This document shows positions 1 to 11,139 of a stretch of 64,000 nt of DNA, piece by piece. Location of the stretch: the NCBI RefSeq assembly GCF_006345805.1, contig NC_043008.1, positions 78,368,001 to 78,432,000 of the forward strand. Reading direction: 5' to 3'. Source of the stretch: Octopus sinensis (Eukaryota). The notes below the pieces were generated by a model. That model did no database searches. It saw only the letters and a list, made by a program, of their open reading frames with translations, and was not told the origin of the DNA. Positions within the stretch are counted from its first letter, which is position 1. Each line of letters begins with the position of its first letter. The translations under genes were made by a program, and so were the position numbers.

Positions 1-97
1 CCTCGAAGATATGAACGGCAAAGGTTAGCATGGCGTTGTATGAATCAGAACGTAAAGCCGGGGGAAATGCCATTAAGTAATTTTGCCAGTTCGCCTC
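1..97 (-). mobile_element. Diverged tRNA-derived SINE, 5' part
   Basis: Reverse complement reads gaggcgaactggc...ttacgttctgattcat..., matching the head of better-preserved SINE copies at 3831-3967 and 11330-11545. Confidence 0.6.
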
Positions 98-725
98 TAT
101 TTTTAATAATATAATGATTTCTTTATTAACCACTAAAGGTTTTCAAGCAGATCGAGGACAGATTCAATATGATGTCAAGCCATAAAATTCCCCGAAAGAA
201 GGATGCTCGTAGAAACACCACAAAACTTGGTAACCCTTGCCACTAGGGAAAATGTCTACTCCTCAAGCTCCTCTTTCAATATATAGGCACATGCTTATGC
301 AGGCCTGTGCAATTCTATCCACATTCTATCCACATTCACCCACCTTTCAACGAATTTTCTGGAATACATCACTTCCCTCTCAACCTTGACTTTCATTTTT
401 AAGTAAAACTTGAAAATGTAGATGTGGGCTTTAGCCCTTTCAATCTGGTCTACCAAACAACCTCGTTCACTAGGGCCATCAAACAGATAAATACTGCCCG
501 TCATTTCCAGTTAAAGGAAGTGGAGGACAACTTTCACAAAGGGCTCAGCCGATAACCTTCCTACACATAAAACCTGGAGCTCGACATAAACTCTCAAGTC
601 AGCAATATTCAGGCACTGGACGAATTCGTGCAGACAAGTTTTCTCGCTTTGCACGCATCTCGGACAGGCTGGCTTTCGGCAATTCCATACCTGTAGAATT
701 TATCATGAACAGGTAATGCTCCATG

Positions 726-780
726 GACCCTAACCCGAACGTCTTTCAGAACAGACCAACCAGTTGATTCTTGTTGGCAC
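726..780 (+). repeat. 55-bp exact inverted copy of 3995-4049 inserted inside the Tx1 ORF2
   Basis: gaccctaacccgaacgtctttcagaacagaccaaccagttgattcttgttggcac is the exact reverse complement of 3995-4049. Confidence 0.95.
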
Positions 781-900
781 TTAGAGTCTCTCTGAGAACG
801 CTGTTGCTCTTACCTGCCCCTAAACTTCTACAGAATGCTAGAGTGTAATTAATTTCTACCGATTTGTTGCCCGACTAACAGAGGGCTGTGAGTGTTTTAC

Positions 901-940
901 GGCACCCTATATGTCGGGCACCCTATATGTCGGGCACCCT
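901..940. repeat. 16-bp tandem repeat, 2.5 copies
   Basis: (ggcaccctatatgtcg)x2 followed by ggcaccct. Confidence 0.9.
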
Positions 941-3021
941 ACCTCGGTCTACGCTTGATCCAGGACTGCAGCTAAATCAAGGATACAAGCTGTAGAAAAG
1001 CGAATCTGACAAACGTCGACCACACTGGCTCACTCTCAAAGAAACACTAGAGATGTCGCGGTCTGAGCGCATATCTGCGCATTACCATCCACGGCACGAG
1101 TGATGACAACAAATGGGCCATTGGAACACGTTCGTTCCACAGAAAGCGGAAGAGTAAGTCCTCCATTCTAGTCAGACATGAGCTAAGGCAAAACACGACA
1201 GTCAGGCGGTAATATATGATGGTGGTGATGTATGCACTCACCACCTATTTCGACCTTTCAGAAATAGCTTCCTCTCGGCCCATTTCTGGTTAAGAATGAC
1301 CACACTATTCGTCGCCTCGTCCAATTCTTCTTTATTTAGACATCTAAAACAAACTAAACCCCGAGCAATTTAACCGATCAGTCTATCCAGCGTGCCACGA
1401 CAATATTGGACGGCCTGGACCAGTTTCTCCCGCACGGCATAGACCTGCTTCTGTCAAGCTGCAGACCCTCTGACTTTTCTTGGTTGATATTCATTCCTGT
1501 AACCACCTCGCATGCACTTAGAGAAGTGCAAATCATGTGTGTGCCAGGTGTGTCCACGTATGCCGACACGCTTGTCTTATGTTCTGAACATATACAGAAC
1601 ATGCCTCTCAACATATCCAGTTCCCGTAGTACTTGCAGAAGCGATGAGAAGGGACTAACCGAGTGCTTAATGCTAGGTGAATATTCACACGAACCACTGG
1701 ACAGATGTCGCTGTGCATTGCGGCAATCCAGCCACGGAAGACGGTACCGAAACGGGTCGCTACGGAAACAGACTCTAAGCATCGATGGTCAGCTTTATCG
1801 AAAGCCTTTGACTGATCCAAATTATTTATGACTCCACCCATGCGAGGTTGTTTACCCATCCTCTCTGTGATGTATTGCATGAGCTGGAGCTTGTTATGGA
1901 TAAATATGCTTGGGGTAGTGATTGTTTGCACCAACCTCTTCGCTAACACTCTGGAGAAAATTTTGAAATCTACGTTCAGCAAAGTTATGAGCCTTAAAAT
2001 ATCTATTTGGTCCCCGTTGTTTGAGTCTTTTCTTAGTAGTGTCATCGCTCCTCAACACACAGAACTAAGAATTTTGCCGTGCTGCAACCAGTTGCGCTAC
2101 TTGTCTGCGAAGAGGCTTCCAAACAAATGTCTGACATATAAAAGCAAAGCTCGTAGGGTAGAACATCAAAACCAGGTGATTTTATACCACTCCGTGCAGC
2201 CAATCATCGCTTTCCGTGTTTCCGCGGCTGTTATTGGCTTTTCGCCGCACTCTGCTTCCCTTGCCGAGAGTAACAACAGGCTGTCGTGGTATGCACTGAC
2301 GCGCACTCTGATCAGCTGTTCATGTCTAATGGTGTTGAGCGAAGTGCTGCTAAAATGAAGTCGTACACATCTGCTCAAGCTCGAGAAGATTGCGCTCATT
2401 ATGACTGAATTGCTAACTTTCACCTCCATCTGGCCCCCTTTGTACCTTCGTGTCTCATAGCACGCACTTTAGCGTTTCCCTTGTCGCGAGCATGTCACTT
2501 TCCTAAGCGCCTCTTCTAAGTCTATAACGAAGTTCCCCTCTATTCTATTCCTATCACTAATTCCTTACTAAACCTAATTTTTTCCACTCTAAATACCCTT
2601 TTCAGGGCAAACCATCATTTGTTGTTGCCGAATGATCCGTCAACGCCCGATTAATTCATTAATCCAGTCTCTATAAGCTTGTCGCTCCGAGAGTGGTGCG
2701 TTCAGCTTCCATTAACCGGGTCCCTGTCTACGAAGCCTTTGTAGGTCGACCGTACAGAATGCATATTAATGGCCTGTATAGCCAACTTTTTGAAAATGTA
2801 GAAAACATATGCTTCCCTTGTCTATTAGCCAACATAACACCCTATCTAGATACGACCTAGATGACCCGATGCAGTTTCTCCATCTCCGCATTGGCACATT
2901 TTGGAAATCCCCTCAGTACCTATCAGACAACCTTTACACATGCGCGCCACACTAAGAACGTATAATAGATTTCATAATTTGTATAAGCGCATAGAAAGAA
3001 AGGCTTCATAGTTTCTCTACG

Positions 3022-3030
3022 TATACACAG

Positions 3031-3070
<40 letters not shown>

Positions 3071-3122
3071 GCACGCACGCACGTACACACACACACACAC
3101 ACACATAAACACAAACACACAC
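3022..3122. repeat. (CA)n/(CACG)n microsatellite
   Basis: Seen directly. Confidence 0.95.
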
Positions 3123-3574
3123 AGAAATCGAAAGAAGCTATCATACTTTGTCTCACGAAAATCATTTTGAAATTTACAAAAAGAAATTATTTTAACTGAA
3201 TCATAGTCCCTTTTTGCAGCAATAAATCGAAAAATGATGAGGAAATTTTTAAAATGCAAATTTTGAATTTTTTTGTTATAGAATCGTAATCCTACAAGTT
3301 GAAAACATATGAAAGCAAATTGCCGAAAAATATCATAAAACGTAAAAGGTTACTGTGTTAAAAACTCCATCATGCCAGATAAGAACTCCGCCATGCCAGA
3401 TATGAATAAGAAATTTTTGGAAAAACAAAATGTAACCAGTCAACATGTTTAAAAACCAATTTTGTATGGCTTAGAAGAATATATTCTTAAGAGAAGAATG
3501 AATAAACACTCATTTTTTTTTTTTTTTGAAGACTTAGTGATCTGAGATTTATATAAAAAGTAAATAATATCCTT

Positions 3575-3967
3575 TTCTAAAATAGGCATAAGGAGAGAAA
3601 TTTTGGGGGACGGGGCTAGTCAATTAGATCGACCCAAGTACGCAACTGGTACTTAATTTATTGACCTGGAAAGGATGAAAGGCAAAGTCGACCGCGGTGA
3701 ATTTAAACTCAGAACGTAGCAACAGACGAAATACCTGTTTCTTTACTGCCCACAACGGGCTAAACACAGAAGGGACAAACAAGGACAGACAAACGGATTA
3801 AGTCGATTATATCGACCCCAGCGCGTAATTGGTACTTAATTTATCAACCCGAAAGGATGAAAGGTAAAGTCAACCTCGGCGGAATTTGAACTCAGAACGC
3901 AGCGGCGGACGAAATACCACAAAGCATTTCGCCCGGCGTGGTAACGGTTCTGCCAGCTCGCCGCCTT
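3575..3967 (-). mobile_element. tRNA-derived SINE dimer (older-tail unit 3575-3735 plus full unit 3736-3967)
   Basis: Sense strand has A-box-like tggcagaa(c/t)cg, B-box gttctgagttcaaattcc and central ccgaggttgactttacctttcatcctttcggg (Meta-SINE-like core); junction gaaatacc|tgtttc. Confidence 0.9.
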
Positions 3968-3994
3968 AGCCAGAAGAAATACCAGAAGAATACG

Positions 3995-5437
3995 GTGCCA
4001 ACAAGAATCAACTGGTTGGTCTGTTCTGAAAGACGTTCGGGTTAGGGTCTTGTGGAGAGGGGTTCTCCTCCTTTTCTTGACTTAGGGTCAGAGATGGTAA
4101 GCCTTCAATCATGGGTTGGTGGAAATCAAGTCTCCATGCTGAGACTGATTTGCTATATGTGTTAGACACCATATTATACGTTTTTTCGTCCATTCGTAAA
4201 ATTCGTAGTTTTTATATTTCTCTGACAGTTCAGTTAATCGAGTCGCTGATTTTTTGGTTTTTATTTCCCGCATTAAATCTTCGTTTTTACTGTATAGCGT
4301 TCGTTACCTCCACCCCCGCGCTTTCTTCGGTCTGTCTCTCTTGGCTTTTTTTTTCCCCAGTGTGGCCAACTGGGTCACATTAAAAAATACTGCTTTTGCT
4401 GGCTCAATCCTTCCATTTTCTTTTTATTGTTTTTTTTCTTCTGGTTCTCTCTCTTTCTTCCTCCTCCCCGTCTGATTCTTCTACACTTTCTTTACAGTAT
4501 TTTTTAATGTGACCCAGTTGGCCCCACTGGAAACATCGGGGCTTACGCCCCTCAACGAAAATATTTAGAACTTCCTCCCCTATTTTCACGATTTCTGGGA
4601 GCTGTTCTAAAGTTTTTTTGGTCAACCTGTAATATGATGTTAAGCTTCTGACCTGTCCAGTAAGTATTTTCTGTGACGGTAGCCTAGGTATTCTAGGTAT
4701 TCGCACTTTTGACGTTCTCATTCTCATGTAGATAGGGATTAACATAGTGTCGTCCGACTCTAAAGATTTTATAGAGTGCTTTTGTGCTGTTTCTGTATTC
4801 TTGAACCTCACCACGATGGTTCCAAACTTCTTCCCTCTGGCTAGATATATAATGTCCTGCCAGATGGTTTTAAACATTTTTCAATTTTTTGTTCACTTAT
4901 TTTATCAATTTTGCGTGCTTTTAAGCAAAAGGTCTTAAATATAATGATTTTCGTTTTTTTCCTTTGTCAATTCTTCTTCTGGTATTTCTAATTTTACAAT
5001 TCCATTTCGTTCTGTTATCATATCTTTATATTTTAAATATTCTTTTGCGTCAGTTGACAGCTGTCGCGTTCCACCACCAGCCGCTGACGCAAAACTTCTT
5101 TTCTTCATTTTGGATGGTCCTTCTTTCCGTCTTGCTATTAGTGTTCGTAACACTTGGTAATGTTGGAAAATCGTTTTCCGACACATCAGAAATATTGTCA
5201 AAAATTACACTTTCTATTTTCTTTGCTTCTCTTTCAATCGATTCGTCCACCGACGAAGAACACGAACTTTTCGGCATTCTGCAGGCAATTACTGTTTTTC
5301 CCCACAAGGGAAAACCACAGATTCCTTTCGAAAAGAAACTATACTACAACTTTTTCAGCAATAAATCCAACAATAGGCACAACAAGAAATATAAAAATTA
5401 ATAGAAACTCACGAACACACTCCAAGAACAAATCTTC
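3995..5437 (-). mobile_element. Tx1-type ORF1 (gag-like, zinc knuckle) with 5' UTR; no ORF2 attached
   Basis: KKRSFASAAGG, RGKKFGTIVVRF, degenerate CX2CX4HX4C knuckle FVEGRKPRCFQWGQLGHIKKYC; ORF split by frameshifts; ends PNPNVFQNRPTS*. Confidence 0.75.
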
Positions 5438-5508
5438 AGCAACAGACGTACGATATACCACAATGCATTTCGCCCGACGTGCTAACGATTCTGCCAGCTC
5501 GCCGCCTT
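5438..5508 (-). mobile_element. SINE head, probably the other half of the SINE split at 3735
   Basis: agcaacagacg at 5438-5448 is identical to 3718-3728; followed by gcatttcgcccgacgtgctaacgattctgccagctcgccgcctt. Confidence 0.8.
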
Positions 5509-5719
5509 AAAAGTAAACAATACCATTGTGTGAGAGAATGACTAAACATAAGCTAGTTATGCATTAAATATTTGTTGCAAACAGTTGAGTGAAATTATGA
5601 TCTCTGCGTCTATAAGAAATCAAATAATTTAAGAAGTGATAAACGACAGGTAAAGAAATTTGTATGGCTAACTTAAGTTCATAAATGGTTTCGAATTTTG
5701 GCAAAAGTTTTGCAAATTT

Positions 5720-6150
5720 AGAGAGAAGATGTTACTCGATTACATCGACTCCAGTACACAAATGGTACTTATTTTATCAAGCCCGAAAGCATAAAATGGA
5801 AAGGACGATCTCGGAGGATGAAATGTAAAGAGCCAGAAGAAATACCTATTTCTTTATTGTCCACAAGGGGCTAAACATAGAGGGGACAAACAAGTACAGA
5901 CAAACGGATTAAGTCGACTACATCGACCCCAGTGCGTAACTGGTACTTAATTTATCAACCCGAAAGGATGAAAGGTAAAGTCAACCTCGGCGGAATTTGA
6001 ACTCAGAACGCAGCGGCGGACGAAATACCACAAAGCATTTCGCCCGGCGTGGTAACGATTCTGCCAGCTCGCCGCCTTAGCCAGAAGAAATACCACTAAG
6101 CATTTTGTCCGGTACGCTAATGGCTATGTTAGCTTGCTGTCCTTACTTAA
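5720..6150 (-). mobile_element. Young SINE (5847-6078) nested in an older SINE with a 16-bp TSD
   Basis: agccagaagaaatacc at 5831-5846 and 6079-6094; diverged host SINE halves on both sides. Confidence 0.9.
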
Positions 6151-7452
6151 ATGAAAAACGGAAATCTTGTATCAAATATTCCTTTAAAATCCAGAAGAGT
6201 TCTTGAGAGGGGAAGTATGAGAATAAAATCCTTTTACCAACTTTGTATAAAGTTAGTAACCTATGACTGACTGACAGACTGGCTGCAAAAGTATATATAA
6301 GAAGAAACAAATATTAAAATTAAGAAAAAAGTAGAGAAGACACAGATAGAGAACAGTTAATGATTTTGGTAAATATTTTTATAGCTTCCATGAATTGGAA
6401 CTTTATATCTGATTGATATATAATTACATCTCCAACTTTGAATATTTGTTTATAGGCAATAGTCGTCGTAAATGTATGATTATAAATTCATACAAATTCA
6501 TGACATTTGACTGGTGTAAAAGGAAAATTAGGAAAATACGAAATGCGATTGATCTCTTCTAGAGTGCTATTAATACAGTACTTGAGGAATATCAGACGGA
6601 ATCGTGCTAAAGAGCAACTTAATGTTCTAAAATAACACATCGTGATTTGTGGTGATTTGTGGATATTAGACTAGTTAAATGTCATTATCTTTGCAGGAAT
6701 ACACGTTTCTCCAAAATACTCCTGAAGTGTATATTTTTCTTAAGGAACCTTGAAATAAACTATATGAAATGGGGTGACATTTTATGAAAACAAGCCATAA
6801 TGTCAGGTTTCTATTTTCATGAACAATGACTATTTGGTTGAAAGGCCAAGAAATTCTCTTTGCTAAATAGCAAACATGACCTGTCGATATTTGCTTTTGT
6901 CTGTTTATAGAATTACATGAAAAGAAATGAAGGCCAGCGTTTCCTTTTCAAGTCGTTTAATATTAAGCGAGTTTTGTACGAAAAGTTCATTTCTAAAACT
7001 TATGTACATTTAGGCAAACATATATACATATACACTTCAACACGCACGAACTAATGTATAGATAAAGCACCAAATACACTCAAATAAACATACTCACACA
7101 AATACACCAGCATAAATTAAACATTTACATGTAGCATATATTATCACTGCATATCTACATGAAGATACGAGGTTATATATTTTAATGTGCAATACATTTG
7201 AAAAATATTATTTGTGCCATGAGTAGATGTTAGCAGCTCAGTCAATAAAGTTCAAGCTACCTTAGCGTAAAACAATTGATTATTGTTCTCTATTTTTTAT
7301 ATATTAAATTTGGTGATCAACACTATCTACTTAGAAAATATAAGTCGGAGAAACTACCTTCACTTTTTCAGAAATATGTGAAAGACTGTGTCTATTACAA
7401 AAGACTTATTTGAGTCTTTTACTATTTTCATTAACTTTACATTTATTTTAAG

Positions 7453-7583
7453 CCGGAAATAAGTGGAAGCTACGCGTGTTCACATTCGGGGATGATGTGG
7501 ATGTGTCATATAGAATAACTTGGCACAGCTGCCTTCGTAACTTATGCCATAAGAAAACAAGCATTTTTGAGAAGCAGAAGTAG
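7453..7583 (+). CDS. Candidate coding exon, unknown product
   Basis: Strong polypyrimidine acceptor (ttacatttattttaAG), GC-richer island, open frame GNKWKLRVFTFGDDVDVSYRITWHSCLRNLCHKKTSIFEKQK*; no clear donor and no recognised homology. Confidence 0.25.
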
Positions 7584-7969
7584 ATGGTTGCCGGCATACA
7601 ATTTTTTTTTTACATGGGTTTCACAGGAGCTACAAAATATACATTTACGACTGCTTAAAAATGTACTTCTTCCACTGTGCTGAACAAGCTTTTTCTTTGC
7701 TCAGGTTTTTATTGTATCAAAACAAATCTAAACAGGAAAACGTCGAACTTTTCATATCTATGATTCACATATTTTGCGAGATAATTAAATATAAACACTT
7801 TAGAATATCAGGGCCAGTACTATAATTGTTTAGACATTTGTGGTAATATCTATACATCCCGAAGTCGATAGCTTCGATTATTGATATGAAGTATGCATTC
7901 CTTTGTTTAGAACAATATATGTTAATTCTCCTGATGGTGCAGGTTCCAGCCATTGATGAGCTGTCATTA

Positions 7970-8885
7970 CGGTGATCGACTGAAAAGTTCATAGGCTGAC
8001 CAAAATACTCTCATGGAATGTGACTAAATCAGGTTTATTTTTCAACGTAGTCCCTCTTGCAGTCCATACATTTCTTCCTCGGTGTTGCAATGCTTGGATC
8101 CCATTGGTGAAGAAGCTTTCATCTTCTTAGTCAAAAAAGTTATCAAAAACAAATATGATGTTATCACTGCGATATTGGTTCCCAGCTAAGTGTTTTTTTC
8201 ATGTTGGGGTATAGATGATAGTCGGATGGGGCCAAATCAGGAGATTAGAGAGGCTGCTCAACACAGAAACGCACAACAGCAATTGAAACCAAGGACTTGT
8301 GTGCTGGAGCATTGTCCTTTCGTCAGTTTTTCTAACCGTTTCGTCTTGATTGCCTTTCATAACTCCCTCAGAAAAAATTGGCACGGCACTCTCCATTGAT
8401 GGTGTAGATCTTTTGAGAGTATTCAATAAACACTATGCCTTTTACTTACCAAAAATCTTATCACCTTTCCTGCAGGTGAAACGAGCTTGCTCTTATTTGG
8501 CGCAGTTGGGGAGAGATGTTCCTATTGCATGGGTTGTCTCTTTGTCTCTGACTCAGAGTGACGCACCCAACACTCATCCTGGGTTTGGAGACGTTCAAGG
8601 AAACCAACTGGATTTGCATCAAACGATGTCAGATTTTCCCTTGATGAGATCAGCCTGGTGTGCTTTTGACCAGATGTTAGAAGACGTGGTACCCACCAAG
8701 CAGAAACCTTTGTCATGCCAAATGTTTTCCATTTTCAAGTGAAATTGCTTTTGAAGTCTTCTTTGAACAGTCAGTTTTTACTTAACATGTAAAGAAACAA
8801 TGCAGTTATCAATGAGTCGAAATTAACGCATTGCTCAAGCATCACTCCTTCAAAGTCAGCCTATAAGCTTTTCAGCCCACTCTCG
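7970..8885 (-). mobile_element. Internally deleted mariner transposon with both TIRs
   Basis: TIR ...ctgaaaagttcataggctgac (7970-8000) vs gtcagcctataagcttttcag... (8855-8885); TA at 7968-69; transposase motif KVSAWWVPRLLT...QDECWVRH.E.ETKRQ.MQ (WVP motif, first catalytic D region). Confidence 0.9.
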
Positions 8886-10020
8886 TTTAGCTGTTTTCTG
8901 GCCCATGTACAGAGTTGTAATCAGGTGACTATCTTTCCTATCCAACCCAGATTTTTTTAGTAAACCCATCAGTTTTTTCCAATCAACCTGATCGAAAGTT
9001 TTATTAAAGTCGACTAAGCCAATAAAGATTTCTTGATCATCCTCAATGCTCCGCTCTACCAAAGTACTCACAACAGCGATTGCCTCTCTTGTCCCCACTC
9101 TTTTCCTAAAACCGAATTGCTCTCTCCTGACGACTCCCTCTGCTTTGTCCCTCAGCCTGTTGTTGATGACTCTCAACACTATTTTGGATGCATAGAATAC
9201 GAGGCTGATCTTCACCTTTATACAGAGGTAATGACGAAATAGTTTAGGAAAGAGGTGGAAGAAAATGTGAAGGTTGAAGGTTAGTGGACATCTAATACGT
9301 TTGCAGACGACCAGTTAATGATAATAAATACAGCAGAAGGCTTGCATACAATCATGGCAAATCTGATTGAAGTGAAGATTACGGAAATAAAATGAAAATA
9401 AACTAGAATACCAAAGTAATACAAATTGAAAAGAACAGAGAAGTGAAACTGCTAATCTACTAGAGCAAATTCATCAATTTAAATACCTAGGAAAGGTACT
9501 AACGGATGAAGGGAGGAGTGAGAGGCAAATCAGAGCAAACATTTCCATAGCCAAATATGAATTCGACAAATATAAAACATTGCTCAGCAGAGGCCTAAAG
9601 CGTGACCTAAAGAAGAAGGTGGTGAAAACTCTACTATGGAGTGCGCTCCTCTATCATAGAAGGCTGAGGCTAGGAGACTACAGAAGTGTTAAATGTGGTT
9701 CTGGAGGGGAAAAGAAAAGATCTGCTCGAGGGACCATGTATGTAATGAAGCGGTGCTTTAGAGGGTTGGAGAAAAGCGATGTTTCATGGATACCATCAGG
9801 GAAGGAAAAAAGATGGCCTTCTCCGCACAGTGACAAAGGGGGGATACAAAGGAGAAGACCTAGACGGAGAAGGAGAGACGATATTAAGCAGAGAAAGTTA
9901 TACCACTCAATGAAGTAGGCAGCAAAGGTTAGAGAGTGTGGAGAACATTTATACGTACAGAACCTTCCCAAGGGCAGGCCAGAGAGAAAGAGAGGAAGGG
10001 TTGGGAGAGAGAAGAAGAGA
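8886..10020. mobile_element. RTE-clade LINE 3' fragment with inverted 5' segment (8886-9211 minus; 9205-10020 plus)
   Basis: Minus: ISLVFYASKIVLRVIN..EQFGFRKRVGTREAI..LVDFNKTFD..LYMGQ. Plus: DL.TLYTE, (R)FADD, FKYLG, KKKVVKTLLWSALLY; GA-rich tail near 9980-10020. Confidence 0.9.
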
Positions 10021-10528
10021 TAGATGTTAGTTCTCAGCTGTTTGAAGCTGAGTGCTAATATATTTCTATAATAAGCAATCAATTACTACCTTATTTTTAT
10101 CAAACATAACTACATGAAAACTAAGATCTGTACGTAATATAACTGGTATTTTATGACGATGAACCTCGAAGCATATAATGCTCTAATAGCATGTAAATAT
10201 TGGTTTGGAAAAGCATTTTAATAGAAAAAGTTGAAGGCTGGGCAAGTATTGTTTTACGTTTTCATGTAAGTTTATAAATTCGTATGGGATTTTATATCTT
10301 TATAGTGCTATTAGATTTCATTAGATTTCTCATATGTTTCTTTCGCACAATCAGAAAACAATCATTTCAGAGTGGTACAAAATATATAAAAATATTAAAC
10401 GGCCAATTTCCTTGTGAAATTTAATCTCAATGTGATTTTCTTCTACAACTAATACGAGAAAGTGTTATCAAATATAAAGAATATACATATTGAGAAACCG
10501 TTCATTGATTGTATATAGATGTGCAGTG

Positions 10529-11139
10529 GGATCTTTACCTTTTGACCTACAGATTTAAAAAATCATTTTTTGGAACTAAACACTTTCAAACTTCGGACAC
10601 TGGTAGAATGTCTCATATAAAACATTTTTTGAGAAAAACTTATATTTACGAAGTAATTTCACGTCAAAGTAGTCCTATTTCGGTAATTTCAACAATCAAT
10701 GACGTGTATTCAGCTGAATAAAATTACTGCTGTTGTTTGTCAATTAGAACTTCCGGCGGTGTATATTTCGTTTGTCACTGTTATTTATGACAACCCTAAC
10801 CCTAGAATCCTAACCCTAACCCTAACCTTAAAATCCTAACCCTAAAATTCTAACCCTAAATCCCTAACTCTAAAACCCTAACCTTAACACGCTAACCCTA
10901 AAACCCTAACCCTAACCCTAAAATCTTAAAACCAGTACAAACGCACGAACGATGTCATAAATAACAGTGACAAACGAAAAATACACCGCCGATAGTTGCT
11001 ATTGATAAACAACAGCAGTAATATTATTCAGCTGAATACACGTCATTGATTGGTTGAAATTACCGAAATAGGATTACTTTGAAAGTGTTTAATTACAAAA
11101 AAATATTTTTTAAATCTGTAGGTCAAAAGGTAAAGATCC
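10529..11139. mobile_element. Palindromic MITE with 35-bp perfect TIRs, 8-bp TSD and central degenerate (CCCTAA)n tract (Merlin- or MULE-like)
   Basis: TSD gtgcagtg at 10521-10528 and 11140-11147; TIR ggatctttaccttttgacctacagatttaaaaaat; long subterminal inverted arms; telomere-like core 10794-10925. Confidence 0.95.

Larger units (their letters stand above)
116..2925 (-). mobile_element. Decayed Tx1-like (L1 clade) LINE ORF2: APE endonuclease C-terminus, RT, C-terminal Zn/CCHC region, 3' UTR
   Basis: Minus-strand fragments SSRSYLDRV and (G)PGYWKLNA-like (endonuclease end), ITLLRKD..ITLLNVDFKIFSRVLAKRL and NLDQSKAFD (RT), LLFRFLW, GALPVHDK..CPRCVQS, KVEREV..FVERWVNV; ends gtggttaataaagaaat near 116; many stops and frameshifts. 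Confidence 0.9.

Noticed and set aside
3575-6150. tRNA genes suggested by A/B-box sequences
   Set aside because: The boxes belong to SINE heads followed by SINE core and tail; no cloverleaf or acceptor stem.
10794-10925. True telomere or healed chromosome end
   Set aside because: Degenerate, short, and enclosed by TIRs and a TSD.
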